Part shown: in pieces, positions 36,501-51,500 of the stretch
How positions within the stretch are numbered: the stretch's first letter is position 1
Layout: each line of letters starts with the position of its first letter
From: Balanoglossus misakiensis
Taxonomy: Eukaryota > Animalia > Hemichordata
Direction: 5' to 3'
Length of the DNA stretch: 64,000 bases
Assembly (NCBI GenBank): GCA_040954595.2
Contig: CM082588.2
Coordinates: forward strand, 10,896,844 to 10,960,843
Notes under the pieces: generated by a model
Database searches by the model: none
Told to the model about the DNA's origin: nothing
What the model saw: the letters and a program-made list of their open reading frames with translations, nothing else
Program-made: the position numbers and the translations under genes

Positions 36501-39500
36501 TTGCAAAATCTCAAAATTTCGTAGATTTTGGAAAAAAAAATCATGGGTTCGTCGATTTTTGAAAAAAATCATGGGTGAAAATCATCAAAAAATGACAAAT
36601 TTTCGTCTTTGCAAAATCCCAAAATTTGGTCGATTTTTGAAAAACAAAATCATGGGAAAAAATCATCAAAAAATGACAAATTTTCGACTTTGCAAAATCT
36701 CAAAATTTCGTAAATTTTTGAAAAAAAGTCATGGGTGAAAATCATCAAAAAATTACAAATTTTCGTCTTTGCAAAATCTCAAAATTTCGTCGATTTTTGA
36801 AAAAAAAAATCATGGGTAAAAATCATCAAAAAATTACAAATTTTCGACTTTGCAAAATCTAAAAATTTTGTCGATTTTTGAAAAAAACAATCATGGTGAA
36901 AATCATCAAAAAATGACAAATTTTCGACTTTGCAAAATCTCAAAATGTCAATTTTTTAAAAAAATCATGAGTTCGTTGATTTTTAAAAAAAAACATTGGT
37001 GTCAATTTTTTAAAAAAATCATGGGTTCGTTGATTTTTGAAAAAAAACATGGGTGAAAATCATCAAAAAATTACAAATTTTCGAATTTGCAAAATCTCAA
37101 AATTTCGTCGATTTTTGAAAAAAAAAACATGGGTGAAAATCATCAAAAAATGACAAATTTTCGACTTTGCAAAATCTCAAAATTTCGTAAATTTTTGAAA
37201 AAAAGTCATGGGTGAAAATCATCAAAAAATTAAAAAGTTTCGTCTTTGCAAAATCTCAAAAAATCGTCGATTTTTGAAAAAAAAAATCATGGGTAAAAAT
37301 CAAAAAATTACAAATTTTCGACTTTGCAAAATCTAAAAATTTTGTCGATTTTTGAAAAAAATCATGGGTGAAAATCATCAAAAAATGACAAATTTTCGTC
37401 TTTGCAAAATCCCAAAATTTGGTCGATTTTTGAAAAACAAAATCATGGGAAAAAATCATCAAAAAATGACAAATTTTCGACTTTGCAAAATCTCAAAATT
37501 TCGTAAATTTTTGAAAAAAAGTCATGGGTGAAAATCATCACAAAATTACAAATTTTCGTCTTTGCAAAATCTCAAAATTTCGTCGATTTTTGAAAAAAAA
37601 AATCATGGGTAAAAATCATCAAAAAATTACAAATTTTCGACTTTGCAAAATCTAAAAATTTTGTCGATTTTTGAAAAAAACAATCATGGTGAAAATCATC
37701 AAAAAATGACAAATTTTCGACTTTGCAAAATCTCAAAATGTCAATTTTTTAAAAAAATCATGAGTTCGTTGATTTTTAAAAAAAAACATTGGTGTCAATT
37801 TTTTAAAAAAATCATGGGTTCGTTGATTTTTAAAAAAAACATTGGTGAAAATCATCAAAAAATTACAAATTTTCGACTTTGCAAAATCTCAAAATTTCGT
37901 ACATTTTTGAAAAAAAATCATGGGTGAAAATCATCAAAAAATGACAAATTTTCGTCTTTGCAAAATCTCAAAATTTCGTCATTTTTTAAAAAAAAATCAT
38001 GGTGAAAATCATCAAAAAATGACAAATTGTCGACTTTGCAAAATCTAAAAATTTTGTCGATTTTTGAAAAAAATCATGGGTGAAAATAATCAAAAAATGA
38101 CAAATTTTCGACTTTGCAAAATCTCAAAATTTCGTCGATTTTTGAAAAAAATCATGGGTGAAAATCATCAAAAAATGACAAATTTTCGACTTTGCAAAAT
38201 CTCAAAATTTTGTCGATTTTTGAAAAAAAATCATGGGTTCGTTGATTTTTGAAAAAAAACATGGGTGAAAATCATCAAAAAATTACAAATTTTCGAATTT
38301 GCAAAATCTCAAAATTTCGTCGATTTTTGAAAAAAAAAACATGGGTGAAAATCATCAAAAAATGACAAATTTTCGACTTTGCAAAATCTCAAAATTTCGT
38401 AAATTTTTGAAAAAAAGTCATGGGTGAAAATCATCAAAAAATTAAAAAGTTTCGTCTTTGCAAAATCTCAAAAAATCGTCGATTTTTGAAAAAAAAAAAT
38501 CATGGGTAAAAATCAAAAAATTACAAATTTTCGACTTTGCAAAATCTAAAAATTTTGTCGATTTTTGAAAAAAATCATGGGTGAAAATCATCAAAAAATG
38601 ACAAATTTTCGACTTTGCAAAATCTCAAAATTTCGTCGATTTTTGAAAAAAATCATGGGTGAAAATCATCAAAAAATGACAAATTTTCGACTTTGCAAAA
38701 TCTCAAAATTTCGTAAATTTTTGAAAAAAAGTCATGGGTGAAAATCATCAAAAAATTAAAAAGTTTCGTCTTTGCAAAATCTCAAAATTTCGTCGATTTT
38801 TGAAAAAAAAATCATGGGTAAAAATCATCAAAAAATTACAAATTTTCGACTTTGCAAAATCTAAAAATTTTGTCGATTTTTGAAAAAAATCATGGGTGAA
38901 AATCATCAAAAAATGACAAATTTTCGACTTTGCAAAATCTTAAATTTCGTCGATTTTTGAAAAAAATCATGGGTGAAAATCATCAAAAAATGACAAATTT
39001 TTGACTTTGCAAAATCTCAAAATTTCGTCGATTTTTGAGAAAAATCATAGGAAAAAATTATCAAAAAATGACAAATTTTCGACTTTGCAAAATCTCAAAA
39101 TTTCGTCGATTTTTGAAAAAAATCATGGGTGAAAATCATCAAAAAATGACAAATTTTCGACTTTGCAAAATCTTAAATTTCGTCGATTTTTGAAAAAAAT
39201 CATGGGTGAAAATCATCAAAAAATGACAAATTTTTGACTTTGCAAAATCTCAAAATTTCGTCGATTTTTGAGAAAAATCATGGGTGAAAATCATCAAAAA
39301 ATGACAAATTTTCGTCTTTGCAAAATCTCAAAATTTGGTCGATTTTTGAAAAAAAAAATCATGGGTAAAAATCATCAAAAAATGACAAATTTTCGACTTT
39401 GCAAAATCTCAAATTTCGTCGATTTTTGAAAAGAATCATGGGTGAAAATCATCAAAAAATGACAAATTTTCGACTTTGCAAAATCTCAAAATTTCGTCGA

Positions 39501-42500
39501 TTTTTGAGAAAAATCATGGGTGAAAATCATCAAAAAACGACAAATTTTCGTCTTTGCAAAATCTCAAAATTTCGTCGATTTTTGAAAAAAATCATGGGTT
39601 CGTTCAATTTTAAAAAAAAACATGGGTGAAAATCATCAAAAAATTACAAATTTTCGACTTTGCAAAATCTCAAAATTTTGTCGATTTTTGAAAAAAAATC
39701 ATGGGTGAAAATCATTAATAAATGACAAATTTTCGACTTTGCAAAATCTCAAAATTTCGTCGATTTTTGAAAAAAAATCATGGGTGAAAATCATCAAAAA
39801 ATTACAAATTTTCGACTTTGCAAAATCTCAAAATTTCGTCGATTTTTGAGAAAAATCATGGGTGAAAATCATCAAAAAATGACAAATTTTCGACTTTGCA
39901 AAAACTCAAAATTTTGTCGATTTTTGAAAAAAAATCATGGGTTCGTTGATTTTTGAAAAAATACATGGGTGAAAATCATCAAAAAATTACAAATTTTCGA
40001 ATTTGCAAAATCTCAAAATTTTGTCGATTTTTGAAAAAAATCATGGGTGAAAATAATCAAAAAATTACAAATTTTCGACTTTGCAAAATCTAAAAATTTT
40101 GTCGATTTTTGAAAAAAATCATGGGTGAAAATCATCAAAAAATGACAAATTTTCGACTTTGCAAAATCTCAAAATTTTGTCGATTTTTGAAAAAAAATCA
40201 TGGGTTCGTTGATTTTTGAAAAAAAACATGGGTGAAAATCATCAAAAAATTACAAATTTTCGAATTTGCAAAATCTCAAAATTTTGTCGATTTTTGAAAA
40301 AAATCATGGGTGAAAATAATCAAAAAATTACAAATTTTCGACTTTGCAAAATCTAAAAATTTTGTCGATTTTTGAAAAAAATCATGGGTGAAAATCATCA
40401 AAAAATGACAAATTTTCGACTATGCAAAATCTCAAAATTTAGTCGATTTTTGAAAAAAATCATGGGTTCGTTCAATTTTGAAAAAAAACATGGGTGAAAA
40501 TCATCAAAAAATTACAAATTTTCGACTTTGCAAAATCTCAAAATTTTGTCGATTTTTGAAAAAAAATCATGGGTGAAAATCATTAATAAATGACAAATTT
40601 TCGACTTTGCAAAATCTCAAAATTTCGTCGATTTTTGAAAAAAAATCATGGGTGAAAATCATCAAAAAATTACAAATTTTCGACTTTGCAAAATCTCAAA
40701 ATTTCGTCGATTTTTGAGAAAAATCATGGGTGAAAATCATCAAAAAATGACAAATTTTCGACTTTGCAAAATCTCAAAATTTTGTCGATTTTTGAAAAAA
40801 AATCATGGGTTCGTTGATTTTTGAAAAAAAACATGGGTGAAAATCATCAAAAAATTACAAATTTTCGAATTTGCAAAATCTCAAAATTTCTTAAATTTTT
40901 GAAAAAAAGTCATGGGTGAAAATCATCAAAAAATTACAAATTTTCGTCTTTGCAAAATCTCAAAATTTCGTCGATTTTTGAAAAAAAAAATCATGGGTAA
41001 AAATCATCAAAAAATTACAAATTTTCGACTTTGCAAAATCTAAAAATTTTGTCGATTTTTGAAAAAAATCATGGGTGAAAATCATCAAAAAATGACAAAT
41101 TTTCGACTTTGCAAAATCTCAAAATTTCGTAGATTTTTGAAAAAAAAAATCATGGGTAAAAATCATCAAAAAATTACAAATTTTCGACTTTGCAAAATCT
41201 AAAAATTTTGTCGATTTTTGAAAACAATCATGGGTGAAAATCATCAAAAAATGACAAATTTTCGACTTTGCAAAATCTCAAAATTTTGTCGATTTTTGAA
41301 AAAAAATCATGGGTGAAAATCATTAATAAATGACAAATTTTCGACTTTGCAAAATCTCAAAATTTCGTCGATTTTTGAAAAAAAATCATGGGTGAAAATC
41401 ATCAAAAAATTACAAATTTTCGACTTTGCAAAATCTCAAAATTTCGTCGATTTTTGAAAAAAAATCATGGGTGAAAATCATCAAAAAATTACAAATTTTC
41501 GACTTTGCAAAATCTCAAAATTTTGTCGATTTTTGAAAAAAAATCATGGGTTCGTTGATTTTTGAAAAAAAACATGGGTGAAAATCATCAAAAAATTACA
41601 AATTTTCGAATTTGCAAAATCACAAAATTTCGTCGATTTTTGAAAAAAAAACATGGGTGAAAATCATCAAAAAATTACAAATTTTCGACTTTGCAAAATC
41701 TCAAAATTTCGTAAATTTTTGAAAAAAAGTCATGGGTGAAAATCATCAAAAAATTACAAATTTTCGTCTTTGCAAAATCTCAAAATTTCGTCGATTTTTG
41801 AAAAAAAAAATCATGGGTAAAAATCATCAAAAAATTACAAATTTTCGACTTTGCAAAATCTAAAAATTTTGTCGATTTTTGAAAAAAATCATGGGTGAAA
41901 ATCATCAAAAAATGACAAATTTTCGTCTTTGCAAAATCTCAAAATTTCGTCCATTTTTGAATAAAAATCATGGGTGAAAATCATCAAAAAATGACACATT
42001 TTCGACTTTGCAAAATCTAAAAATTTCGTCGATTTTTGAAAAAAATCATGGTTGAAAATCATCAAAAAATGACAAAATTTTCGACTTTGTAAAATCACAA
42101 AATTTCGTCGATTTTGAAAAAAATCATAGGTTCGTCGATTTCTAAAAAAAAACATGGGTGAAAATCATCAAAAAATGACAAATTTTCGACTTTGCAAATT
42201 CTCAAAATTTCGTCGATTTTTGAAAAAAATCATGGGTGAAAATCATCAAAAAATGACAAATTTTCGACTTTGCAAAATCTCAAAATTTCGTCCATTTTTG
42301 AATAAAAATCATGGGTGAAAATCATCAAAAAATGACACATTTTCGACTTTGCAAAATCTAAAAATTTTGTCGATTTTTGAAAAAAATCATGGGTGAAAAT
42401 CATCAAAAAATGACAAATTTTCGACTATGCAAAATCTCAAAATTTAGTCGATTTTTGAAAAAAATCATGGGTTCGTTCAATTTTGAAAAAAAACATGGGT

Positions 42501-45500
42501 GAAAATCATCAAAAAATTACAAATTTTCGACTTTGCAAAATCTCAAAATTTTGTCGATTTTTGAAAAAAAATCATGGGTGAAAATCATTAATAAATGACA
42601 AATTTTCGACTTTGCAAAATCTCAAAATTTCGTCGATTTTTGAAAAAAAATCATGGGTGAAAATCATCAAAAAATGACAAATTTTCGACTTTGCAAAATC
42701 TCAAAATTTCGTAGATTTTTGAAAAAAAAAAATCATGGGTATAAATCATCAAAAAATTACAAATTTTCGACTTTGCAAAATCTAAAAATTTTGTCGATTT
42801 TTGAAAACAATCATGGGTGAAAATCATCAAAAAATGACAAATTTTCGACTTTGCAAAATCTCAAAATTTCGTCCATTTTTGAATAAAAATCATGGGTGAA
42901 AATCATCAAAAAATGACACATTTTCGACTTTGCAAAATCTAAAAATTTTGTCGATTTTTGAAAAAAATCATGGGTGAAAATCATCAAAAAATGACAAATT
43001 TTCGACTATGCAAAATCTCAAAATTTAGTCGATTTTTGAAAAAAATCATGGGTTCGTTCAATTTTGAAAAAAAACATGGGTGAAAATCATCAAAAAATTA
43101 CAAATTTTCGACTTTGCAAAATCTCAAAATTTTGTCGATTTTTGAAAAAAAATCATGGGTGAAAATCATTAATAAATGACAAATTTTCGACTTTGCAAAA
43201 TCTAAAAATTTTGTCGATTTTTGAAAAAAATCATGGGTGAAAATCATCAAAAAATGACAAATTTTCGACTTTGCAAAATCTCAAAATTTTGTCGATTTTT
43301 GAAAAAAAATCATGGGTTCGTTGATTTTTGAAAAAAAACATGGGTGAAAATCATCAAAAAATTACAAATTTTCGAATTTGCAAAATCTCAAAATTTTGTC
43401 GATTTTTGAAAAAAATCATGGGTGAAAATAATCAAAAAATTACAAATTTTCGACTTTGCAAAATCTAAAAATTTTGTCGATTTTTGAAAAAAATCATGGG
43501 TGAAAATCATCAAAAAATGACAAATTTTCGACTATGCAAAATCTCAAAATTTAGTCGATTTTTGAAAAAAATCATGGGTTCGTTCAATTTTGAAAAAAAA
43601 CATGGGTGAAAATCATCAAAAAATTACAAATTTTCGACTTTGCAAAATCTCAAAATTTTGTCGATTTTTGAAAAAAAATCATGGGTGAAAATCATTAATA
43701 AATGACAAATTTTCGACTTTGCAAAATCTCAAAATTTCGTCGATTTTTGAAAAAAAATCATGGGTGAAAATCATCAAAAAATTACAAATTTTCGACTTTG
43801 CAAAATCTCAAAATTTCGTCGATTTTTGAGAAAAATCATGGGTGAAAATCATCAAAAAATGACAAATTTTCGACTTTGCAAAATCTCAAAATTTTGTCGA
43901 TTTTTGAAAAAAAATCATGAGTTCGTTGATTTTTGAAAAAAAACATGGGTGAAAATCATCAAAAAATTACAAATTTTCGAATTTGCAAAATCTCAAAATT
44001 TCTTAAATTTTTGAAAAAAAGTCATGGGTGAAAATCATCAAAAAATTACAAATTTTCGTCTTTGCAAAATCTCAAAATTTCGTCGATTTTTGAAAAAAAA
44101 AATCATGGGTAAAAATCATCAAAAAATTACAAATTTTCGACTTTGCAAAATCTAAAAATTTTGTCGATTTTTGAAAAAAATCATGGGTGAAAATCATCAA
44201 AAAATGACAAATTTTCGACTTTGCAAAATCTCAAAATTTCGTAGATTTTTGAAAAAAAAAATCATGGGTAAAAATCATCAAAAAATTACAAATTTTCGAC
44301 TTTGCAAAATCTAAAAATTTTGTCGATTTTTGAAAACAATCATGGGTGAAAATCATCAAAAAATGACAAATTTTCGACTTTGCAAAATCTCAAAATTTTG
44401 TCGATTTTTGAAAAAAAATCATGGGTGAAAATCATTAATAAATGACAAATTTTCGACTTTGCAAAATCTCAAAATTTCGTCGATTTTTGAAAAAAAATCA
44501 TGGGTGAAAATCATCAAAAAATTGCAAATTTTCGACTTTGCAAAATCTCAAAATTTCGTCGATTTTTGAGAAAAATCATTGGTGAAAATCATCAAAAAAT
44601 GACAAATTTTCGACTTTGCAAAATCTCAAAATTTTGTCGATTTTTGAAAAAAATCATGGGTTCGTTCAATTTTGAAAAAAAACATGGGTGAAAATCATCA
44701 AAAAATTACAAATTTTCGACTTTGCAAAATCTCAAAATTTCGTCGATTTTTGAAAAAAAATCATGGGTGAAAATCATCAAAAAATTACAAATTTTCGACT
44801 TCGCAAAATCTCAAAATTTCGTAAATTTTTGAAAAAAAGTCATGGGTGAAAATCATCAAAAAATTACAAATTTTCGTCTTTGCAAAATCACAAAATTTCG
44901 TCGATTTTTGAAAAAAAAAATCATGGGTAAAAATCATCAAAAAATTACAAATTTTCGACTTTGCAAAATCTCAAAATTTCGTCGATTTTTGAAAAAAATC
45001 ATGGGTGAAAATCATCAAAAAATGACAAATTTTCGACTTCGCAAAATCTCAAAATTTCGTCAATTTTTGAAAAAATCAGGGGTAAAAATCATCAAAAAAT
45101 GACAAATTTTCGTCTTTGCTAAATCTCAAAATTTCGTCGGTTTTTGAAAAATAATATGGGTGAAAATCATCAAAAAATGACAAATTTTCGACTTTGCAAA
45201 ATCTCAAAATTTCGTCCATTTTTGAAAAAAAATCATGGGTAAAAATCATCAAAAAATGACAAATTTTCGTCTTTGCAAAATCTCAAAATTTCTTCCATTT
45301 AAAAAAAAAAGCATGGGGGAAAATCATCAAAAAATGACAAATTTTCGTCTTTGCAAAATCTCAAAATTTCGTAGATTTTTGAAAAAAAAAATCATGGGTG
45401 AAAATCATTAAAAAATGACAAATTTTCGACTTTGCAAAATCTCAAAATTTCGTCGATTTTTGAAAAAAATCATGGGTGAAAATCATGAAAAAATGAGTAA

Positions 45501-48500
45501 TTTTGAAAAAAAAACGGGTGAAAATCATCAAAAAATGACACATTTTCGACTTTGCAAAATCTCAAAATTTCGTCCATTTCTGAAAAAAAATTATGGGTAA
45601 AAATCATCAAAAATGACAAATTTTCATCTTTGCAAAATCTCAAAATTTTGTCGATTTTTGAAAAAAAATCATGGGTTCGTTGATTTTTGAAAAAAAACAT
45701 GGGTGAAAATCATCAAAAAATTACAAATTTTCGAATTTGCAAAATCTCAAAATTTCTTAAATTTTTGAAAAAAAGTCATGGGTGAAAATCATCAAAAAAT
45801 TACAAATTTTCGTCTTTGCAAAATCTCAAAATTTCGTCGATTTTTGAAAAAAAAAATCATGGGTAAAAATCATCAAAAAATTACAAATTTTCGACTTTGC
45901 AAAATCTAAAAATTTTGTCGATTTTTGAAAAAAATCATGGGTGAAAATCATCAAAAAATGACAAATTTTCGACTTTGCAAAATCTCAAAATTTCGTAGAT
46001 TTTTGAAAAAAAAAAATCATGGGTAAAAATCATCAAAAAATTACAAATTTTCGACTTTGCAAAATCTAAAAATTTTGTCGATTTTTGAAAACAATCATGG
46101 GTGAAAATCATCAAAAAATGACAAATTTTCGACTTTGCAAAATCTCAAAATTTCGTCCATTTTTGAATAAAAATCATGGGTGAAAATCATCAAAAAATGA
46201 CACATTTTCGACTTTGCAAAATCTAAAAATTTTGTCGATTTTTGAAAAAAATCATTGGTGAAAATCATCAAAAAATGACAAATTTTCGACTATGCAAAAT
46301 CTCAAAATTTAGTCGATTTTTGAAAAAAATCATGGGTTCGTTCAATTTTGAAAAAAAACATGGGTGAAAATCATCAAAAAATTACAAATTTTCGACTTTG
46401 CAAAATCTCAAAATTTTGTCGATTTTTGAAAAAAAAGCATGGGTGAAAATCATTAATAAATGACAAATTTTCGACTTTGCAAAATCTAAAAATTTTGTCG
46501 ATTTTTGAAAAAAATCATGGGTGAAAATCATCAAAAAATGACAAATTTTCGACTTTGCAAAATCTCAAAATTTTGTCGATTTTTGAAAAAAAATCATGGG
46601 TTCGTTGATTTTTGAAAAAAAACATGGGTGAAAATCATCAAAAAATTACAAATTTTCGAATTTGCAAAATCTCAAAATTTTGTCGATTTTTGAAAAAAAT
46701 CATGGGTGAAAATAATCAAAAAATTACAAATTTTCGACTTTGCAAAATCTAAAAATTTTGTCGATTTTTGAAAAAAATCATGGGTGAAAATCATCAAAAA
46801 ATGACAAATTTTCGACTATGCAAAATCTCAAAATTTAGTCGATTTTTGAAAAAAATCATGGGTTCGTTCAATTTTGAAAAAAAAACATGGGTGAAAATCA
46901 TCAAAAAATTACAAATTTTCGACTTTGCAAAATCTCAAAATTTTGTCGATTTTTGAAAAAAAATCATGGGTGAAAATCATTAATAAATGACAAATTTTCG
47001 ACTTTGCAAAATCTCAAAATTTCGTCGATTTTTGAAAAAAAATCATGGGTGAAAATCATCAAAAAATGACAAATTTTCGACTTTGCAAAATCTCAAAATT
47101 TCGTAGATTTTTGAAAAAAAAAAATCATGGGTAAAAATCATCAAAAAATTACAAATTTTCGACTTTGCAAAATCTAAAAATTTTGTCGATTTTTGAAAAC
47201 AATCATGGGTGAAAATCATCAAAAAATGACAAATTTTCGACTTTGCAAAATCTCAAAATTTCGTCCATTTTTGAATAAAAATCATGGGTGAAAATCATCA
47301 AAAAATGACACATTTTCGACTTTGCAAAATCTAAAAATTTTGTCGATTTTTGAAAAAAATCATGGGTGAAAATCATCAAAAAATGACAAATTTTCGACTA
47401 TGCAAAATCTCAAAATTTAGTCGATTTTTGAAAAAAATCATGGGTTCGTTCAATTTTGAAAAAAAACATGGGTGAAAATCATCAAAAAATTACAAATTTT
47501 CGACTTTGCAAAATCTCAAAATTTTGTCGATTTTTGAAAAAAAATCATGGGTGAAAATCATTAATAAATGACAAATTTTCGACTTTGCAAAATCTCAAAA
47601 TTTCGTCGATTTTTGAAAAAAAATCATGGGTGAAAATCATCAAAAAATGACAAATTTTCGACTTTGCAAAATCTCAAAATTTCGTAGATTTTTGAAAAAA
47701 AAAATCATGGGTAAAAATCATCAAAAAATTACAAATTTTCGACTTTGCAAAATCTAAAAATTTTGTCGATTTTTGAAAACAATCATGGGTGAAAATCATC
47801 AAAAAATGACAAATTTTCGACTTTGCAAAATCTCAAAATTTCGTCCATTTTTGAATAAAAATCATGGGTGAAAATCATCAAAAAATGACACATTTTCGAC
47901 TTTGCAAAATCTAAAAATTTTGTCGATTTTTGAAAAAAATCATGGGTGAAAATCATCAAAAAATGACAAATTTTCGACTTTGCAAAATCTAAAAATTTTG
48001 TCGATTTTTGAAAAAAATCATTGGTGAAAATCATCAAAAAATGACAAATTTTCGACTATGCAAAATCTCAAAATTTAGTCGATTTTTGAAAAAAATCATG
48101 GGTTCGTTCAATTTTGAAAAAAAACATGGGTGAAAATCATCAAAAAATTACAAATTTTCGACTTTGCAAAATCTCAAAATTTTGTCGATTTTTGAAAAAA
48201 AAGCATGGGTGAAAATCATTAATAAATGACAAATTTTCGACTTTGCAAAATCTAAAAATTTTGTCGATTTTTGAAAAAAATCATGGGTGAAAATCATCAA
48301 AAAATGACAAATTTTCGACTTTGCAAAATCTCAAAATTTTGTCGATTTTTGAAAAAAAATCATGGGTTCGTTGATTTTTGAAAAAAAACATGGGTGAAAA
48401 TCATCAAAAAATTACAAATTTTCGAATTTGCAAAATCTCAAAATTTTGTCGATTTTTGAAAAAAATCATGGGTGAAAATAATCAAAAAATTACAAATTTT

Positions 48501-51500
48501 CGACTTTGCAAAATCTAAAAATTTTGTCGATTTTTGAAAAAAATCATGGGTGAAAATCATCAAAAAATGACAAATTTTCGACTATGCAAAATCTCAAAAT
48601 TTAGTCGATTTTTGAAAAAAATCATGGGTTCGTTCAATTTTGAAAAAAAAACATGGGTGAAAATCATCAAAAAATTACAAATTTTCGACTTTGCAAAATC
48701 TCAAAATTTTGTCGATTTTTGAAAAAAAATCATGGGTGAAAATCATTAATAAATGACAAATTTTCGACTTTGCAAAATCTCAAAATTTCGTCGATTTTTG
48801 AAAAAAAATCATGGGTGAAAATCATCAAAAAATGACAAATTTTCGACTTTGCAAAATCTCAAAATTTCGTAGATTTTTGAAAAAAAAAAATCATGGGTAA
48901 AAATCATCAAAAAATTACAAATTTTCGACTTTGCAAAATCTAAAAATTTTGTCGATTTTTGAAAACAATCATGGGTGAAAATCATCAAAAAATGACAAAT
49001 TTTCGACTTTGCAAAATCTCAAAATTTCGTCCATTTTTGAATAAAAATCATGGGTGAAAATCATCAAAAAATGACACATTTTCGACTTTGCAAAATCTAA
49101 AAATTTTGTCGATTTTTGAAAAAAATCATGGGTGAAAATCATCAAAAAATGACAAATTTTCGACTATGCAAAATCTCAAAATTTAGTCGATTTTTGAAAA
49201 AAATCATGGGTTCGTTCAATTTTGAAAAAAAACATGGGTGAAAATCATCAAAAAATTACAAATTTTCGACTTTGCAAAATCTCAAAATTTTGTCGATTTT
49301 TGAAAAAAAATCATGGGTGAAAATCATTAATAAATGACAAATTTTCGACTTTGCAAAATCTCAAAATTTCGTCGATTTTTGAAAAAAAATCATGGGTGAA
49401 AATCATCAAAAAATGACAAATTTTCGACTTTGCAAAATCTCAAAATTTCGTAGATTTTTGAAAAAAAAAATCATGGGTAAAAATCATCAAAAAATTACAA
49501 ATTTTCGACTTTGCAAAATCTAAAAATTTTGTCGATTTTTGAAAACAATCATGGGTGAAAATCATCAAAAAATGACAAATTTTCGACTTTGCAAAATCTC
49601 AAAATTTCGTCCATTTTTGAATAAAAATCATGGGTGAAAATCATCAAAAAATGACACATTTTCGACTTTGCAAAATCTAAAAATTTTGTCGATTTTTGAA
49701 AAAAATCATGGGTGAAAATCATCAAAAAATGACAAATTTTCGACTATGCAAAATCTCAAAATTTAGTCGATTTTTGAAAAAAATCATGGGTTCGTTCAAT
49801 TTTGAAAAAAAACATGGGTGAAAATCATCAAAAAATTACAAATTTTCGACTTTGCAAAATCTCAAAATTTTGTCGATTTTTGAAAAAAAATCATGGGTGA
49901 AAATCATTAATAAATGACAAATTTTCGACTTTGCAAAATCTAAAAATTTTGTCGATTTTTGAAAAAAATCATGGGTGAAAATCATCAAAAAATGACAAAT
50001 TTTCGACTATGCAAAATCTCAAAATTTAGTCGATTTTTGAAAAAAATCATGGGTTCGTTCAATTTTGAAAAAAAACATGGGTGAAAATCATCAAAAAATT
50101 ACAAATTTTCGACTTTGCAAAATCTCAAAATTTTGTCGATTTTTGAAAAAAAATCATGGGTGAAAATCATTAATAAATGACAAATTTTCGACTTTGCAAA
50201 ATCTCAAAATTTCGTCGATTTTTGAAAAAAAATCATGGGTGAAAATCATCAAAAAATGACAAATTTTCGACTTTGCAAAATCTCAAAATTTCGTAGATTT
50301 TTGAAAAAAAAAATCATGGGTAAAAATCATCAAAAAATTACAAATTTTCGACTTTGCAAAATCTAAAAATTTTGTCGATTTTTGAAAACAATCATGGGTG
50401 AAAATCATCAAAAAATGACAAATTTTCGACTTTGCAAAATCTCAAAATTTCGTCCATTTTTGAATAAAAATCATGGGTGAAAATCATCAAAAAATGACAC
50501 ATTTTCGACTTTGCAAAATCTAAAAATTTTGTCGATTTTTGAAAAAAATCATGGGTGAAAATCATCAAAAAATGACAAATTTTCGACTATGCAAAATCTC
50601 AAAATTTAGTCGATTTTTGAAAAAAATCATGGGTTCGTTCAATTTTGAAAAAAAACATGGGTGAAAATCATCAAAAAATTACAAATTTTCGACTTTGCAA
50701 AATCTCAAAATTTTGTCGATTTTTGAAAAAAAATCATGGGTGAAAATCATTAATAAATGACAAATTTTCGACTTTGCAAAATCTAAAAATTTTGTCGATT
50801 TTTGAAAAAAATCATGGGTGAAAATCATCAAAAAATGACAAATTTTCGACTTTGCAAAATCTCAAAATTTTGTCGATTTTTGAAAAAAAATCATGGGTTC
50901 GTTGATTTTTGAAAAAAAACATGGGTGAAAATCATCAAAAAATTACAAATTTTCGAATTTGCAAAATCTCAAAATTTTGTCGATTTTTGAAAAAAATCAT
51001 GGGTGAAAATAATCAAAAAATTACAAATTTTCGACTTTGCAAAATCTAAAAATTTTGTCGATTTTTGAAAAAAATCATGGGTGAAAATCATCAAAAAATG
51101 ACAAATTTTCGACTGCAAAATCTCAAAATTTAGTCGATTTTTGAAAAAAATCATGGGTTCGTTCAATTTTGAAAAAAAACATGGGTGAAAATCATCAAAA
51201 AATTACAAATTTTCGACTTTGCAAAATCTCAAAATTTTGTCGATTTTTGAAAAAAAATCATGGGTGAAAATCATTAATAAATGACAAATTTTCGACTTTG
51301 CAAAATCTCAAAATTTCGTCGATTTTTGAAAAAAAATCATGGGTGAAAATCATCAAAAAATTACAAATTTTCGACTTTGCAAAATCTCAAAATTTCGTCG
51401 ATTTTTGAGAAAAATCATGGGTGAAAATCATCAAAAAATGACAAATTTTCGACTTTGCAAAATCTCAAAATTTTGTCGATTTTTGAAAAAAAATCATGGG